Positions 38,086-50,656 of a stretch of DNA of 64,000 bases are shown one piece after another. The stretch's first letter is position 1. Every line of letters begins with the position of its first letter. The stretch comes from Malacoraja senta (Eukaryota): positions 10,418,001 through 10,482,000 of the forward strand of contig CM075988.1 of assembly GCA_038087875.1 (NCBI GenBank), in the 5' to 3' direction. The position numbers and the translations under genes are program-made. Under the pieces are notes generated by a model. That model made no database searches, was not told where the DNA came from, and saw only the letters and a program-made list of their open reading frames with translations.

Positions 38086-38609
38086 TTCAGTTTAGTTTAT
38101 TGTCCCATGTACCGAGGTACAGTGAAAAGATTTTGTTGCATGCTAACTAGTCAGCAGAAAGACAAAACATGATTACAATCGAGCCATTTACAGTGTAAGT
38201 CACTCAGCTCACTCATTTTGTTAATGGATGGCGGGTGCACGCATCCCTGCTTGTGTGGGAAGTGGTAATCACTCTCTGACTATCATGGGAGTACAAGCCA
38301 GGAGAACTTGCTCATTCCTCCCTGAACTTATAACAACGCTTCACGATTAGATTGGTATCTTCTTTTGTTCATCTGCAGAGGTTGAAAAGGGAGATGGACT
38401 CAGCCTTCTCAATCACAGGCTCCTCAACATCACATGCATCTACATGAGGCATCTGCCTCAATAAAGGCAGCATCTAACATCAAGAATTCCCACCATTCAG
38501 GCCATGCATTCTTCTCACTGCTACCATTGTACAGAAACAAGATGTACAGAAACCTTAAGTCCCACACTGCTAGGTTTAGGAATCATAGCTTTCCTACAAC
38601 TATCAGGTT

Positions 38610-38915
38610 GTTTAGTTTAGTTTAGAGATATAGCATGGAAACAGGCTCTTCGCCTGTCAAATCTGCACTGACCAGCGATCCCCACACACTAGCACTATCC
38701 TGCACACTGGGGATAGTTTACATTTTTTACCAAAACCAATTAACCTCCCGACCTGTGCGTCTTGGAATGTGGGAGGAAATTGGAGTTCCAGGAGAAAACC
38801 CATGTGATCACAGAGGGAATGTACAAACTGCATACAGACACACCCTTTGCCAGGACCGAACGTGGATCTCGGGCACTGGGCAGCGACTCTACCGCTGCAC
38901 CACTGTGCCACCCTT
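38610..38915 (-). mobile_element. tRNA-derived SINE
   Basis: Family match on the minus strand. Confidence 0.85.
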
Positions 38916-39297
38916 GAGTAAACTTACACAATCCTGATTCTACCTTGCTCACGGAACACTACGACCCACCTCCCTCATTATTATGGACTTGGTTTTTTAC
39001 TAATTATTCTTCTGCACATTCTTTTGTTTTAGAATTCTACGCGTAATTTGTGTGTGACGTATAAAATGTATTTGTGTTTCTCTGAGTCTATGTGCCTGCA
39101 ATGCTGCTGTAAACACAATTCTTCATTGTATCTGTACCTCACAGTACATATGCATATGACAATAAACTTGTAACCCAAGTTAAGTTTATGCTCATTTAAA
39201 GTGCAGACGAATCTAACAAAATGTTATGAAAACAAACTGCCGGAGGAACTTTGTTGGGTCAAGTACTGATGCAGAGTTTAGATCTGAGATGTCATCT

Positions 39298-40084
39298 TGT
39301 TAATGCTGGCCAAATTAAAGACACCATAAAATGAAGGATCCCTGCACTTGTCAGAATTGCTTAACCCTTGTCAGCTGAAATTTACAGGCTTTGGATGGCG
39401 CCAGCCAGTCTAGGTTCAGACTGGTATGCGGGATGGCGAGGGGTCCAGGTGTTCTCCTTGTTTCTCCTAAATTGATAAAATGTATAGCAGTTTTGCAAAC
39501 TAACTCTAAATGCATCATTTCGATTGGATCGCTGCAAGGGCATTGTAAATAGTATAAATAATGTTGCGAGATGGTCATCCTGTTGGTTGATGATTGGTCA
39601 AACTGTTGAGCCTTGGAGAAACTGTTTGAATCTCAGGGCACATGTTTCAAAGTTTATTCTTGTTTGCTTCCTTCCAGAAGCTCTGTTTGAATACAATGTA
39701 TTAGTTACTGTATTATTGGTTTAGGGAAATGTCTATCATGTACGGTGTTAATCGATATCTGTTATTGGACTGCATAGAGACCACCCCCATGTGGTTCAGC
39801 CCCTCAAGGTTCGGGGACCAATAAAAGGCCGCTCCCATGAGGTCCTGTGTCCATCTTCTGGGAGAACGTTTAGGACTGCGTGACCTTCTGGGGTGTCTCT
39901 GCTTGCACAAGGCTAGGAGGGCTTGGCCATGCAGATACAAGGATCGAACCCGTGGTGGTTATGTATAGTAGTGGGGAACTGTTATTGTGTTTTTCCAAAA
40001 TAAAGTTTAGATGTGCAAGTGCTTGACTCAGTATCTTATTGACTGAAACTAGACTGGGGGGAAGCTTAGAACGAGCTATTTACA
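39298..40084 (+). mobile_element. Solo LTR (Gypsy-like by its 4-bp TSD)
   Basis: TGTTAATGCT...AGCTATTTACA termini, perfect ATCT TSD (39294-39297 and 40085-40088), AATAAA at ~39999. It splits a PLE-derived repeat. Confidence 0.8.
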
Positions 40085-43000
40085 ATCTATCTCTGCCTTT
40101 ACAAGTGCTGCTTGACCTGCTGAATTCCTCCAGCAATTTGTTTCTTTTGCTCCAGATTCCAGTATTGGTCTATCATCCCCCATCTCAGCTGTTCCAGCCA
40201 TCTCCTGCCAGCCCTGCCTCACTGCTCCCTATTACCTCTTAATACTGGCTATCTCCCTTCAACACTTAATCCTGAAGCAGAGTTATGATCTAAAATATTC
40301 CTTTGCCTCCAACAATGCTGCCTGACAAAACTCAATTCCTCCAGCAGTTTGTCCATGCACCAGATAACAGCTTCTGCAGCCTCTTGTGTCTCAAATAAAT
40401 GCCAGTTTAAGTCTTATTGTCTGGTCTTCTGGAGAATTGCTATCTATCTTGTACTCAATGTAGAATAAATCTTTCAGGGCATGAACACTCTCATTTCGCT
40501 GTTGTCTGAACTCTTAAACAGCAAGAGTATAAATCACTGGAAACCAGCATGTAAGGCACATCAGTATTAATGAGAGCCGATAAAAAACCTTCAATTTGGA
40601 ACAAACCAGCATTGTTTTAAATATACTGCACGGAAACAGGCCTTTCAGCCCACTGTGTCCACAGCGAACATCGATCACCTGTTCACACTAGTTCTGTGTT
40701 ATCCCACTTTCACATCTCCCTATACACTAGGGGCAATTTACGGAGGCCTATTAACCTGCATACTATCATTTTTGGTCAAACTGAATTCAATCCAGAACCA
40801 ATATGATAAATACACACAAATATGGTATATTCCCAATAAGGTCATCATTTAATGAATATGATTAAATATTTCAAATGGTATTAACATATTGAGTTAACTC
40901 AAAGTCTTTCATAACACCCAAATACTTAATACTTAAGTATTACCGTATTGTTAACTGACAGAATGTGGAATATAAAGCAGTTCCCTAATTATGTTATTTA
41001 TTCATACTTCTTTTTAAAAGTCAATGATCCTAAGCAGAGATTAATTGGCCGTTTATCAAGCACAACTAAAATCTAAACTTTAGATTGTCAATTTACTGCT
41101 AGTTACAGCTAAACCCAATAGTGATGCCTTTGCAATTTATTGAGCTATTGGAGTTCCTCATTGAACTCAAAAGAAATGTCCATTGTGAAAGGAGTAGAGA
41201 TTTGTCTACAGAGATCTTTGCATTGACAAAATTGTTTATTGAATGGTTCAGTGTTCCTTCATTTCGTAACCATCAGAATTTTCTCATGGAAAACATTTGA
41301 CCACAAGAAAGATTAACATTACCATTCGGTCAAACATATGTATTGCCTTGGAATAGTCTCCAGCACTTGTCCAATTTGGGAATCAGCCTTGATTTGAACA
41401 AAGGAAAAATATAGACCTGGTTGAAAAAAAATCATTGTGCCATGGCTAATGTAATTGAACCTGGGTTCACACCATAGCAGTTTGAGAGTTAGAAATCTGT
41501 TGATATTGAATGAAATCAAATAGATTTTGTTTTCAGATAAAAATATCCATGTCCTTCATGGAATAAAGTGTCTCCATTTATCTGGATTCTGGTCCGCAAA
41601 CAAGGTGGTAGAACTTGGACAAGACTTAACACAACATTTAATTGTATCAAGTAAAAGGCACAGCAACAACTTCTCAATATAACTCTAAAAAGGTTATTTT
41701 CAGGTTTGAGTTTGGTTTATTGTTGTCACGTGGGCCAAGGCACAATGAAAATTTTAGTTTTGCATGCTATCCAAACAGATCAGATTTACCGTACATCAAT
41801 ACAATCAAGTCCAACACGGGTACAATAAATAGAGCAACGGGGGTCATACCAAATGTTTTTGAATAACATTTGAGCATATGCACAAAATTGGAGAGAAATG
41901 CATAACTGGTCTTGATGCCTGCTCTGGATTAGTTGCAACTCAAAAGCTATCTGATGGCTAAAAGCTTGAATCAGGTTGAAAAACTATATGTAGCAGAGCA
42001 ATTTTATTTTAGTGGACAGAGCAATGACAGATGCAATATAAGAGATATATGTAGATGCCTTACACATTGGGCTGATGTTAAGCTAGCTACAGGAGAACAG
42101 GAATATTTTGTGAAAGATGGCAGGGTAAACATTGGTTGTTGCCATTCATTCCAGTTTGGCAATCAACAAAGCCTGAAAGCCCACCTTTGCTGTCAAAAAT
42201 GTCATGCTTAAGTCAGACTCAGTATTGCTGGAGCTGCATTCAGTTATTTTGAGGCCACGTTTTGTGTGTTGAGTTGATTCCCAGACATTGGAATGCAAAA
42301 GAAATATCCAAACTTTGGAATAAGTGCAGAGAAGGGCAGTGAGATTATTCCCTTATGCCAAAAGGCCATGTTATAACAAAATGGTTGTCAAACCTGGATA
42401 CTTCAGTTCTGAAAAAGCTAGAGCAAAACAAAGAATGGAAGGACTTTGTAAGATTCTCAGTTGAAAAGAATCCAATGAATAAGGGCACAATGGGCAATGA
42501 AACGGGTACAGTCCCAAAATAGTAAGTGCAAGGGACAAGCCTTGTTAAGAATTCCTAAAATGTATAATGCCAATGCTAATCCAAGTGGAGTATTAGTCAA
42601 CGGCTTTTGGGAGATAATTGTGGTTTATTGGTGAAGAATAAACTCATTGAGATGCATAACCTCTCTGGAGAAAAGGAATAGGTGAAGTTTTGGGTCGAGA
42701 CCCTTCTTCATTTGTCCTATATTTCTCCATATCACTGTCTATATCTCTCGTTTCCCATTCCCCTGACTCTCAGTCTGAAGAAGCGTCTCAACCTGAAATG
42801 TCACCAATTCCTTTTCTCCAGAGATGCTGTCTGACCTGCTGAGTTACTCCAGCTTTTTGTGTCTATGCAAGAGGAGCTCAGTGGGTTGAGCAATATCTGT
42901 GGGGGTAAAGGGAATTCAATTACATTTGCATCAACATCATGCACAGGACCCGAGAGGTGGTGACAGAACAACCTCAGCATTGTTTTTGTAAATGGCACCA

Positions 43001-44277
43001 CTGCAGTCCTGGAGGTGATAGTGGTGGAATGGTGGAGGGATGAATGTTTAGGGTGATCAATAGTGTGCCAACTGCTTTATATTGGATAATGTTCGGCTTC
43101 TTGAATATTGTTGGAACTTCTCCCCAAAAGAAAAGGTTTAATTTGATGGAGGACAGTAGGTGAGAATCACAAGGAGATTTAATTACTTGTGTAGGACTGG
43201 ATGACATCAAACTTCATATGGGTTGGAGTTAATAGTCTGGACCCCATGGTTTAGTCTCTATTAACAGTGTACCATTGCATCACAACCACTGGTAAGTTTT
43301 CACTGCTGGTGGGAAGGGACATAGTGTGGTATTGTGATGGAAGTATCAAGAATGTTGGCTACAAGGTAAGATTCTACAGCAGTTAATGTAACGCAGTCCA
43401 TAAAGTATATGATTTGCAATTACAAAATTGTGTGACTAAATCCCATCATATCGAATTTTGGAGTTAACTTCATAATTATAATTGAGATCAAAATAACAAC
43501 ACAAGTTATATTACTGTCATTAACATCAGAAGTAAATCACTTGAACCTTACTCAGATCAGATTAGTTTAGTTTATTATTGTCACGTTTACTGAGGTACAG
43601 TGAAAAATTTTTGCTTACATGCTATCCAGTCAAAGAAAGGACTGCACATGAATATAATGGAGCCATCCACGGTTTACAGATAAAGGTTGCAAAATTTAGT
43701 GCAAGATAAAGTCCAATGACAGATAGTTCAAAGATCCATTCATGTAGATGGGATGTGAGGACCTCACTCTGGTTAATGAGAGGACCGTTTAGATACCTGA
43801 TAACAGCTGGGGGGAAAAACTGTCTTTAAATGCGATTCTGGTGGATAGTTATTTTTTAACACTCTATATGGTGCTTTGAAATTGAGAAAAACATATAAAC
43901 GCATTGAATAGACAAGTGCATGAGGAGAACAATAATGTGTTGATGGAGTGAGATGATAGAATAGAGAGGAGAATCGAGTGGGGCATAAACATTGGCTTGG
44001 ACCAGTTCAAAAATGACTATTTTTGGTTTGGCATTTTTTGATGGAAGAATATTGATAATGGTTTGGGGTCTAGGGGGTGGATTAGGTTTAGGGACTTTGA
44101 CTTATTAATTGAAAAACTTATAATTGAAATATTGGAATGGACAGGTATTTAACGTGTCACCTGAAGAGTAATACATTCAACATAGGAATTAAACCCACAA
44201 CCTCTGACTCTGAGTCTGCAGTGAACCGATCATAAATAGAGGAGAGAAGTTAAATTTGGGGGCAACACTGAAAAATA

Positions 44278-44375
44278 TCAGGGGAGATGAGGGGCATAAT
44301 GGGAGATCAGGGGAGATCGTAATGGGAGATCAGGGGAGATCAGGGGAGATCATAATGGGAGATCAGGGGCATAAT
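44278..44375. repeat. Short degenerate tandem repeat (ATCAGGGGAGATC/ATAATGGGAG)
   Basis: Directly visible units. Confidence 0.8.
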
Positions 44376-46594
44376 GCTTTCACCAGTGATGTACAATTTT
44401 GGACCAATGACAGTGGTTCAGTTGAACTTCATGATCTTCCACCATGTTGATTTAAATTATCATATTTTGATCCATTTAGTGAACTTTTGGCTCTTAAGAA
44501 GAACAGAATCTCTTCTAATTTGTTGTGCCCTGATCATAATCCTCATCCACTCATTAGTTGAAAACTGGCTTTACCTCTTTTTACCCTGATCAAGAGGTGA
44601 GTCTGCCAACTGAGGAAGAAAGCTTTGCATGAACCCCTCCAGTACGTAAGCACCGAGTGCACCATTTAAGTAGAGTCTCTTTGTTATTGCACGCTGACTT
44701 GTTGCTTATATCAAGTGCCTTCAAGTTGTCTTCCTCAACTTCAAAAACAGTAAAGTAAGCACTTCACTCAACCATAGATTCGGCTGTGAATGTCATGCAG
44801 ATTTATTAAACAGTAAATGGATGTGAACACAGGCAGTGGATCATTGAAGATTTAAGAACATTACAGGTGTTGCAATATATCTATTGCAAGACAGAGCAAT
44901 AACAAATAGTCTCAACTGTGGTATTGAGTTGTAATGTAAAGTACAATAGACATCTCATCCTCTGATCTTTGCACGGTGGCTTATTGTTGATTTTGATTTG
45001 AGTGTCTCTGATCCTTTTCTCACCCATATAAAATTAATACAGAAGTTGATGTGGGCCAGGCTATTGCAGCAGCCTGTGTCTTTCTCATCAATCAGAATCA
45101 ACATTTGTTCAATACTGTGGATGTGGAAGCATATTACATCAAACAAATATGTCACTTCGCCCAAATAAAACCTGCACATCTCTGCCTTTTGATGTTTATT
45201 GATGCTAATGGTCAGCTAGAGCAATTCCCTCAAAGCAAGAAATATTGGTGATTTTAAGATTATTTTTGCAAGGTTTCTTTAGTGAGTTCCATAGAACTTG
45301 GATTCAAGGGATTCTTATTTCATGAGCAAAGAACATATGAAAAAAAAAATGATGGTTGGAAGCATGTTAGCAAACATTTCTGGATAAAAGCAGCCCCATT
45401 GGGAATCTGTAGGAAGGAACTGCATATGCTGGTTTAGGCCAAAGCTATACACAAAACAATAAATCATCTCTGGAGAGAAGGAATAGGTGATGTTTCGGGT
45501 CAAGACTGAAGAGTCTGAAGAAGGGTCTCAACCCAAAACGTTACCCATTCATTCTCTCCAGTAACGCTGCCTGCCCCGCTGAGTTACCCAAGCATTTTTT
45601 GTCTATCCATTGGAAATCTGGCCCTGGCACTTTCATGTGCAATTTACTATTGAGCCTATGACATTCTTTCACACACCCAATCCCATCACTTGTCGCGTAT
45701 TTTCACCATTGCACATTGGATATTTTGGGTGCAATCCACAATTTTTATTAAACACTCTTGAATAGGTGACTTTGTGCTGGGATAATTAAAGAGTCTCCAT
45801 TCTGTGATCATAGTCCCAGTTTTATGCCCAACACGTATGGAATAATTTCACCAGTTGCTCCATCACTGTTGCATTCTTTATGTAATGCACATTGGAGCAA
45901 TGCGTTGCGAGTTCAATCACATTGATCACCTCACCTTGCAGTAGGGTGTTGCTGCTCGCAGCACAGGATAGGATCAGGGCAAGCATCATGTGGGAGATGT
46001 CCACATGCACAAGAACATAAGACAATAGGAGCAGGAGTCTTAGCCCCTCAAGACTGCCCCCTTCATTCACTATAATCATGGCTGATCTACTCAAGCACAT
46101 TGTCTTCTGTGCAGGTTCACAATCCTCTGGAAACAAGTCACCCATTGTTCTTTCTCAACTGCCATGGAAGACACTTTTAAAGTTTACTCCCCTTCCCAGT
46201 GTTCAGCTCAGTAATGCAAGCTGTGGCAAGCTTTTAAAGCAGAATAAATGTTCTTTATATCATCTCTGGTTCTTTGTTTATGAATTTCCCCGATTATAAA
46301 CATTTTGGACAATGGAAACACTTTTTTTGTTATTTACTCTTTTGTAAAATCTTCAATCTTTCTTAAATTCTCTAATGAGCAAATTCCATTTCTAATAAGA
46401 GCAAACTATTTCTGTGTCTTTCTGCATATTTTAAAGCATTCATCCCATTCTAGTGAATTTCTTCTGCTTTTCTAAATCTTTCATATTCTTTCTAAGTTGT
46501 GCTATCTAGAATTGGAAGCAATCCTATCGCAAGGATTGAACTGGTTAGAAATATGTAGTTAACTTTTATTACATTGTGCTCAGTGCCTCTATTG

Positions 46595-46880
46595 GGGTGG
46601 CACAGCTGGTAGAGGTGCTGCCTAACAGTGCCAGAGACTCGGGTTCCATTCTGACCTTGGGTGGTATCTGTGTGGAGTTTGCACATTCTCCCTGTAAACG
46701 TGTGGGTTTCCTCCATTTTCGTCTCGTGTCCCAAAGATGTGCAGGTTTGTAGGTTAATTTGCCTGAGTAAATTGTCCCCAGTGTGTAGATAGTGGTTGTG
46801 AAAGTGGGATAATGTGGGATAACTAGTGTGGTCGCTATGATCTTCGTTGGCCAAAAGGGCCTGTTTCCAGGCAGCATCTT
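46595..46880 (+). mobile_element. tRNA-derived SINE (older)
   Basis: Diverged family match. Confidence 0.8.
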
Positions 46881-49734
46881 TCTGTCAATTATACAGCTGG
46901 AGATCCTATTGGACTTTTACCATCCTACTCATGTTGTCCTGCCACTTTCAAAGACATCTGAACATATACCTAAAGATAAATCTAATCTTTGATCACTTTG
47001 CCTCCCCTTCCCTGATCACTTCACTCTTTGGGAATAATCTCTGTCCTACTTCAGAAGCCCTCTGGTTGTGGCAGTGGAATAACCATATATATATATATGG
47101 AAGGTGGGTTGTTAGTAACTGACTTTGCTCTGCATCTCAAAATGTTTTCAGTTAAGATTTTTCTAATATGTAGAAAACCAATTACTATGCAGAAATTGTC
47201 CGCATCATTTGTATGGTTGATAACATTTTGTGGACAAGCATGCTGGAGAAAAAAATGAGATAGTTTCATTATATTTTCATTTTCTAAGATATATTCTCAA
47301 AGGTGATGTATTTGCTTTCCTGAAATACAACTCCCATTTCACTTATGATTTCATTATACTGAAACGAGCGTTGTCGTGGATGCCTTTGCTTCAGTTGCAA
47401 AACCCCAGTCTCTATTTGCATGATGCTCCTTAATTTTATATACTTTGATGATTGACTGGTTTGAATCTGGTTGCTGAATAGGAAGACTTTAGAGATGGCT
47501 CATGTGAAGGTGAGAACGCACAGTGGAGATTGGTAACAAAAAATGAAAGCATTTAAGCTCTCCATGAGTGCAGAAAGCAGCACCAATGCAGCCATTAATG
47601 CACTGGAAAAGAGTTGCGAGAGTGAGCAGGCAGGACTGGATCAAGGATTGTTCACATATCCCATAAAAGGCATTTTTACTTGGTGAAATTCAACGTGTTA
47701 AATAAATAATTTGATTTGAAATATCTTTTGCAAGATCAGATATTATGTTAGGCCAACATAGTTAACCTCACACTCCATGAGTGAGGCCTTCTAAAATGAG
47801 AAATGCTGAATTAGCACATATCCAACACATATCCAAACTCTGAACTTTACCTGTCCATAACATATTTTTTTCTATACCACGTTTTAAAGAAAACTATTGT
47901 AATCTTTAGCTGCATTTTCTGAACTTGTCTGAACTCTCATTGGGTACATGATTTAGTGGTTTGACATAAATGTCTGCATTGGAACATTTATGTCAAACAT
48001 TCCTGAGATATGCTGCTCAGACTTGTCACAGGCAAACACATTTAACCAAGAGCTTCTTGATGACTGATGCTTATTTCACCTCCAATTTGGTTAACAATAA
48101 TTGGTGAAATTATTCCAATTGCTCAACTACTCCATTCGACATTATTGTTGCTCTGAGTCTAGACTGAGCTGCATCACACTGCAAAGTTACTGCTAACTTA
48201 TGCTTAGAATATCTACAAACCACTGTGCTGGTGATAGTTGAAGGAATGAGTCATCTGCACTGAACTGAAGGATTGGGGCATTTATATAGTGGATACACTG
48301 GTCATCATCTTCCAAAATCTCACGTGTTTCTGAATGAGTCATGAAGAATTTAAAATAGTCATTGTACTAAGGAATTGGTTACAGGAATTTTGGAGGGCAC
48401 GTCATCGTGATGGAGCCAAACAGAAGACAGAATGAGCCAAGAAAGTAACACTTTGTACTGTGAGAAGAGTATAAGCATGTGAAACTTATTTCACTTGTAC
48501 ATAATTTGTCAAATTTTGGGATAGGTACTTGTGTTATGAAGTATCATTGATCGTAGAGTCATGAAGATATAGTGTCATAGAACCATACAACACGGTAACA
48601 GGCATTGTTGCCCAGCTCCTCTATGCCAACCAAAATGCCCCATCTAAGCTGCAATCGGCCTATCCTGAAATGTAAAAAATCTGTTTGCGAGGTACAAATT
48701 TAACAGGAGCAGCCATATTAATCATATGATTAATACAGGACAGCATTGATAAATGACATCCATAACAGAGACAGAAAATACTGGAAACACTCAGATAAAT
48801 CAGGCAACAACTTTAAAAGAAAGAGTTGATGTTTGAATGTTAGACTCTTCAGCAGAACCTTAAAACTTTACTGAAGATTGTGATGTTCAAGTCAAGTCGG
48901 GTTTATTGTCATTTCCACAAGTACGGCGAGGTATAGATACAATGAAAATCTTGCTTGCTGCTGCGTCGAAGGCAAATCGAATCAGACAACACACAAAACA
49001 TAAATTATACACGTTACACATGAATCATACAACACAATTAAAAGAAAAAAGACGACAAAAATAAGAATCGGGCTAAACAATCATAAAACAAACCTATGGT
49101 GGTACAATCATATTGGAAGAAATAGTCAGTGAAGGACGTGTTTGGAATTGCAGACTTGAAGGTATGTGGAAGATTGTTTTTAAAAAAAGCCCGCCTTTGA
49201 GAAAGCAGATGAGATTTATCATCAGTTAATTGGAAAATAATAATAATCACAAATTAAATTAATTTAAAATAATGGGTGAGTCAACGGGACAGAATGTGAG
49301 TGCAGAATGTAAATCTGCAAAAGTCTCTAGGAGAGGCAGAGTTAAAGCTGTGAACTCGGGCTAAAGAAGCCCCTATGACTTGTTGGAATTGAGGGAGCAA
49401 GCACGTGCCCGCAAGAGAGAATTGTGCCCTGCTTTTGCCAAATGCGTAACAAGTAAGGAAAGAACAATTAATTTGCAACGAACCACAATAGGAAAGAACC
49501 ACATGTCAAGAGACATCTGGAATAATTGATGAGTTCTCAGGATGAAAGTTGTCATCGTTAGTGTGGTCAGTATTTTTGGTTTGGATGAAAAGGAAGCTGT
49601 TAGACTTAAATTATAGTTAGGCAGCCACATGAAATTTCATATAGATTCACGAGTCCATGTAATAAATCCATGTTGGAAGCACATGCTTTTTATTATTTTC
49701 CAAAATTCCTGTCACCAATTCCTTAATAGATAAA

Positions 49735-49970
49735 CAAAGAACGACAGATGCTGGCTTATTCCTTAGATAGACGCAAAGTGCTGGAGCAACTCATCAGGTC
49801 AGGCAGCATTTCTGGAGAAAAAGGAAGGGTGATGTTTTAGGTCGGGACCCTTCTTCAGACTGCAAAAAGTCACCAGTCTGAAGAAGAGTCCTGATCCGAA
49901 ACATCACCGATCCCTTTTCTCCAGAGATGCTGCCTCACTCGCTGAGTTACTCCAGCACTTTGTTTCTATC
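49735..49970. mobile_element. Fold-back Penelope pLTR-derived repeat (~100-bp inverted arms)
   Basis: Arms 49765-49861 and 49875-49970 are reverse complements. Similar elements occur at ~24060-24270, 42661-42866, 45410-45608, 50527-50755, 52886-53105, 55375-55600, 60520-60672 and 63317-63495. Confidence 0.85.
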
Positions 49971-50628
49971 CTGAGTAATAGATTCATTGTCCCATCCGGG
50001 ACATATGACAATAAAACACTCTTGACTCTTGACTTGACTTCAGTGTTTTCCTAATCAATAATGTCATGATAACTGATCTGCAGTTTTCTGTTTTCCTTTA
50101 TCCCTTCTTTCTTATATAGTGGGGAAACAATTACTATTTTTAATTCCTTATGAGTCATTCAGGAACCTGTGAGAGATACACTCCTATGACCTGCAACATT
50201 TTCAGTATATCTCAACAAGTTGCAGTGGTGCTTAGTCATTTTCCAATGCTAACATTCACACAGTTTCCAACCTCCCTTCTATTGACTCAATTTATGTCTT
50301 ACGCTGCCTTGGCAAACCCAGCAGCATAATCAAGGACGAGTCGCAACCTGGCCACTTCATCTTTTCCCCTCTCCCATGAGGCAAAAGGTACAGGTGTGAA
50401 AATGCACACCTCCAGATTCAGGGACAGTTCCTTCCCAACGGTTCATCAGGCAACTGCATCATCCTACCACAATCGGAGAACAGTCTGAACTATCTACCTC
50501 TTTGGTGACCCTTGGACTATCCTTGTGAAGGAAATAGGTGACATTTCGGGTCGAGACCCTTCTTCAGACCTTCTGTTGCCAAGCTCCTCCATGCCAACCA
50601 AAATTCCACATCTAAGAAGATGCCCTGT

Positions 50629-50656
50629 CTGAAGAAGGGTCTCGACCCGAAACGTC
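50629..50656 (+). ncRNA. Minimal hammerhead ribozyme motif (Penelope type)
   Basis: CTGAAGA-A-GGGTC-TC-GACCC-GAAA-C-GTC gives the core CUGANGA, helix II, GAAA, palindromic ACGU helix III and a GUC cleavage triplet. A mirror copy lies on the minus strand at 50540-50567. Confidence 0.65.

Noticed and set aside
48716..48735. 20-bp perfect palindrome TATTAATCATATGATTAATA
   Set aside because: Very AT-rich and isolated, with no supporting context.
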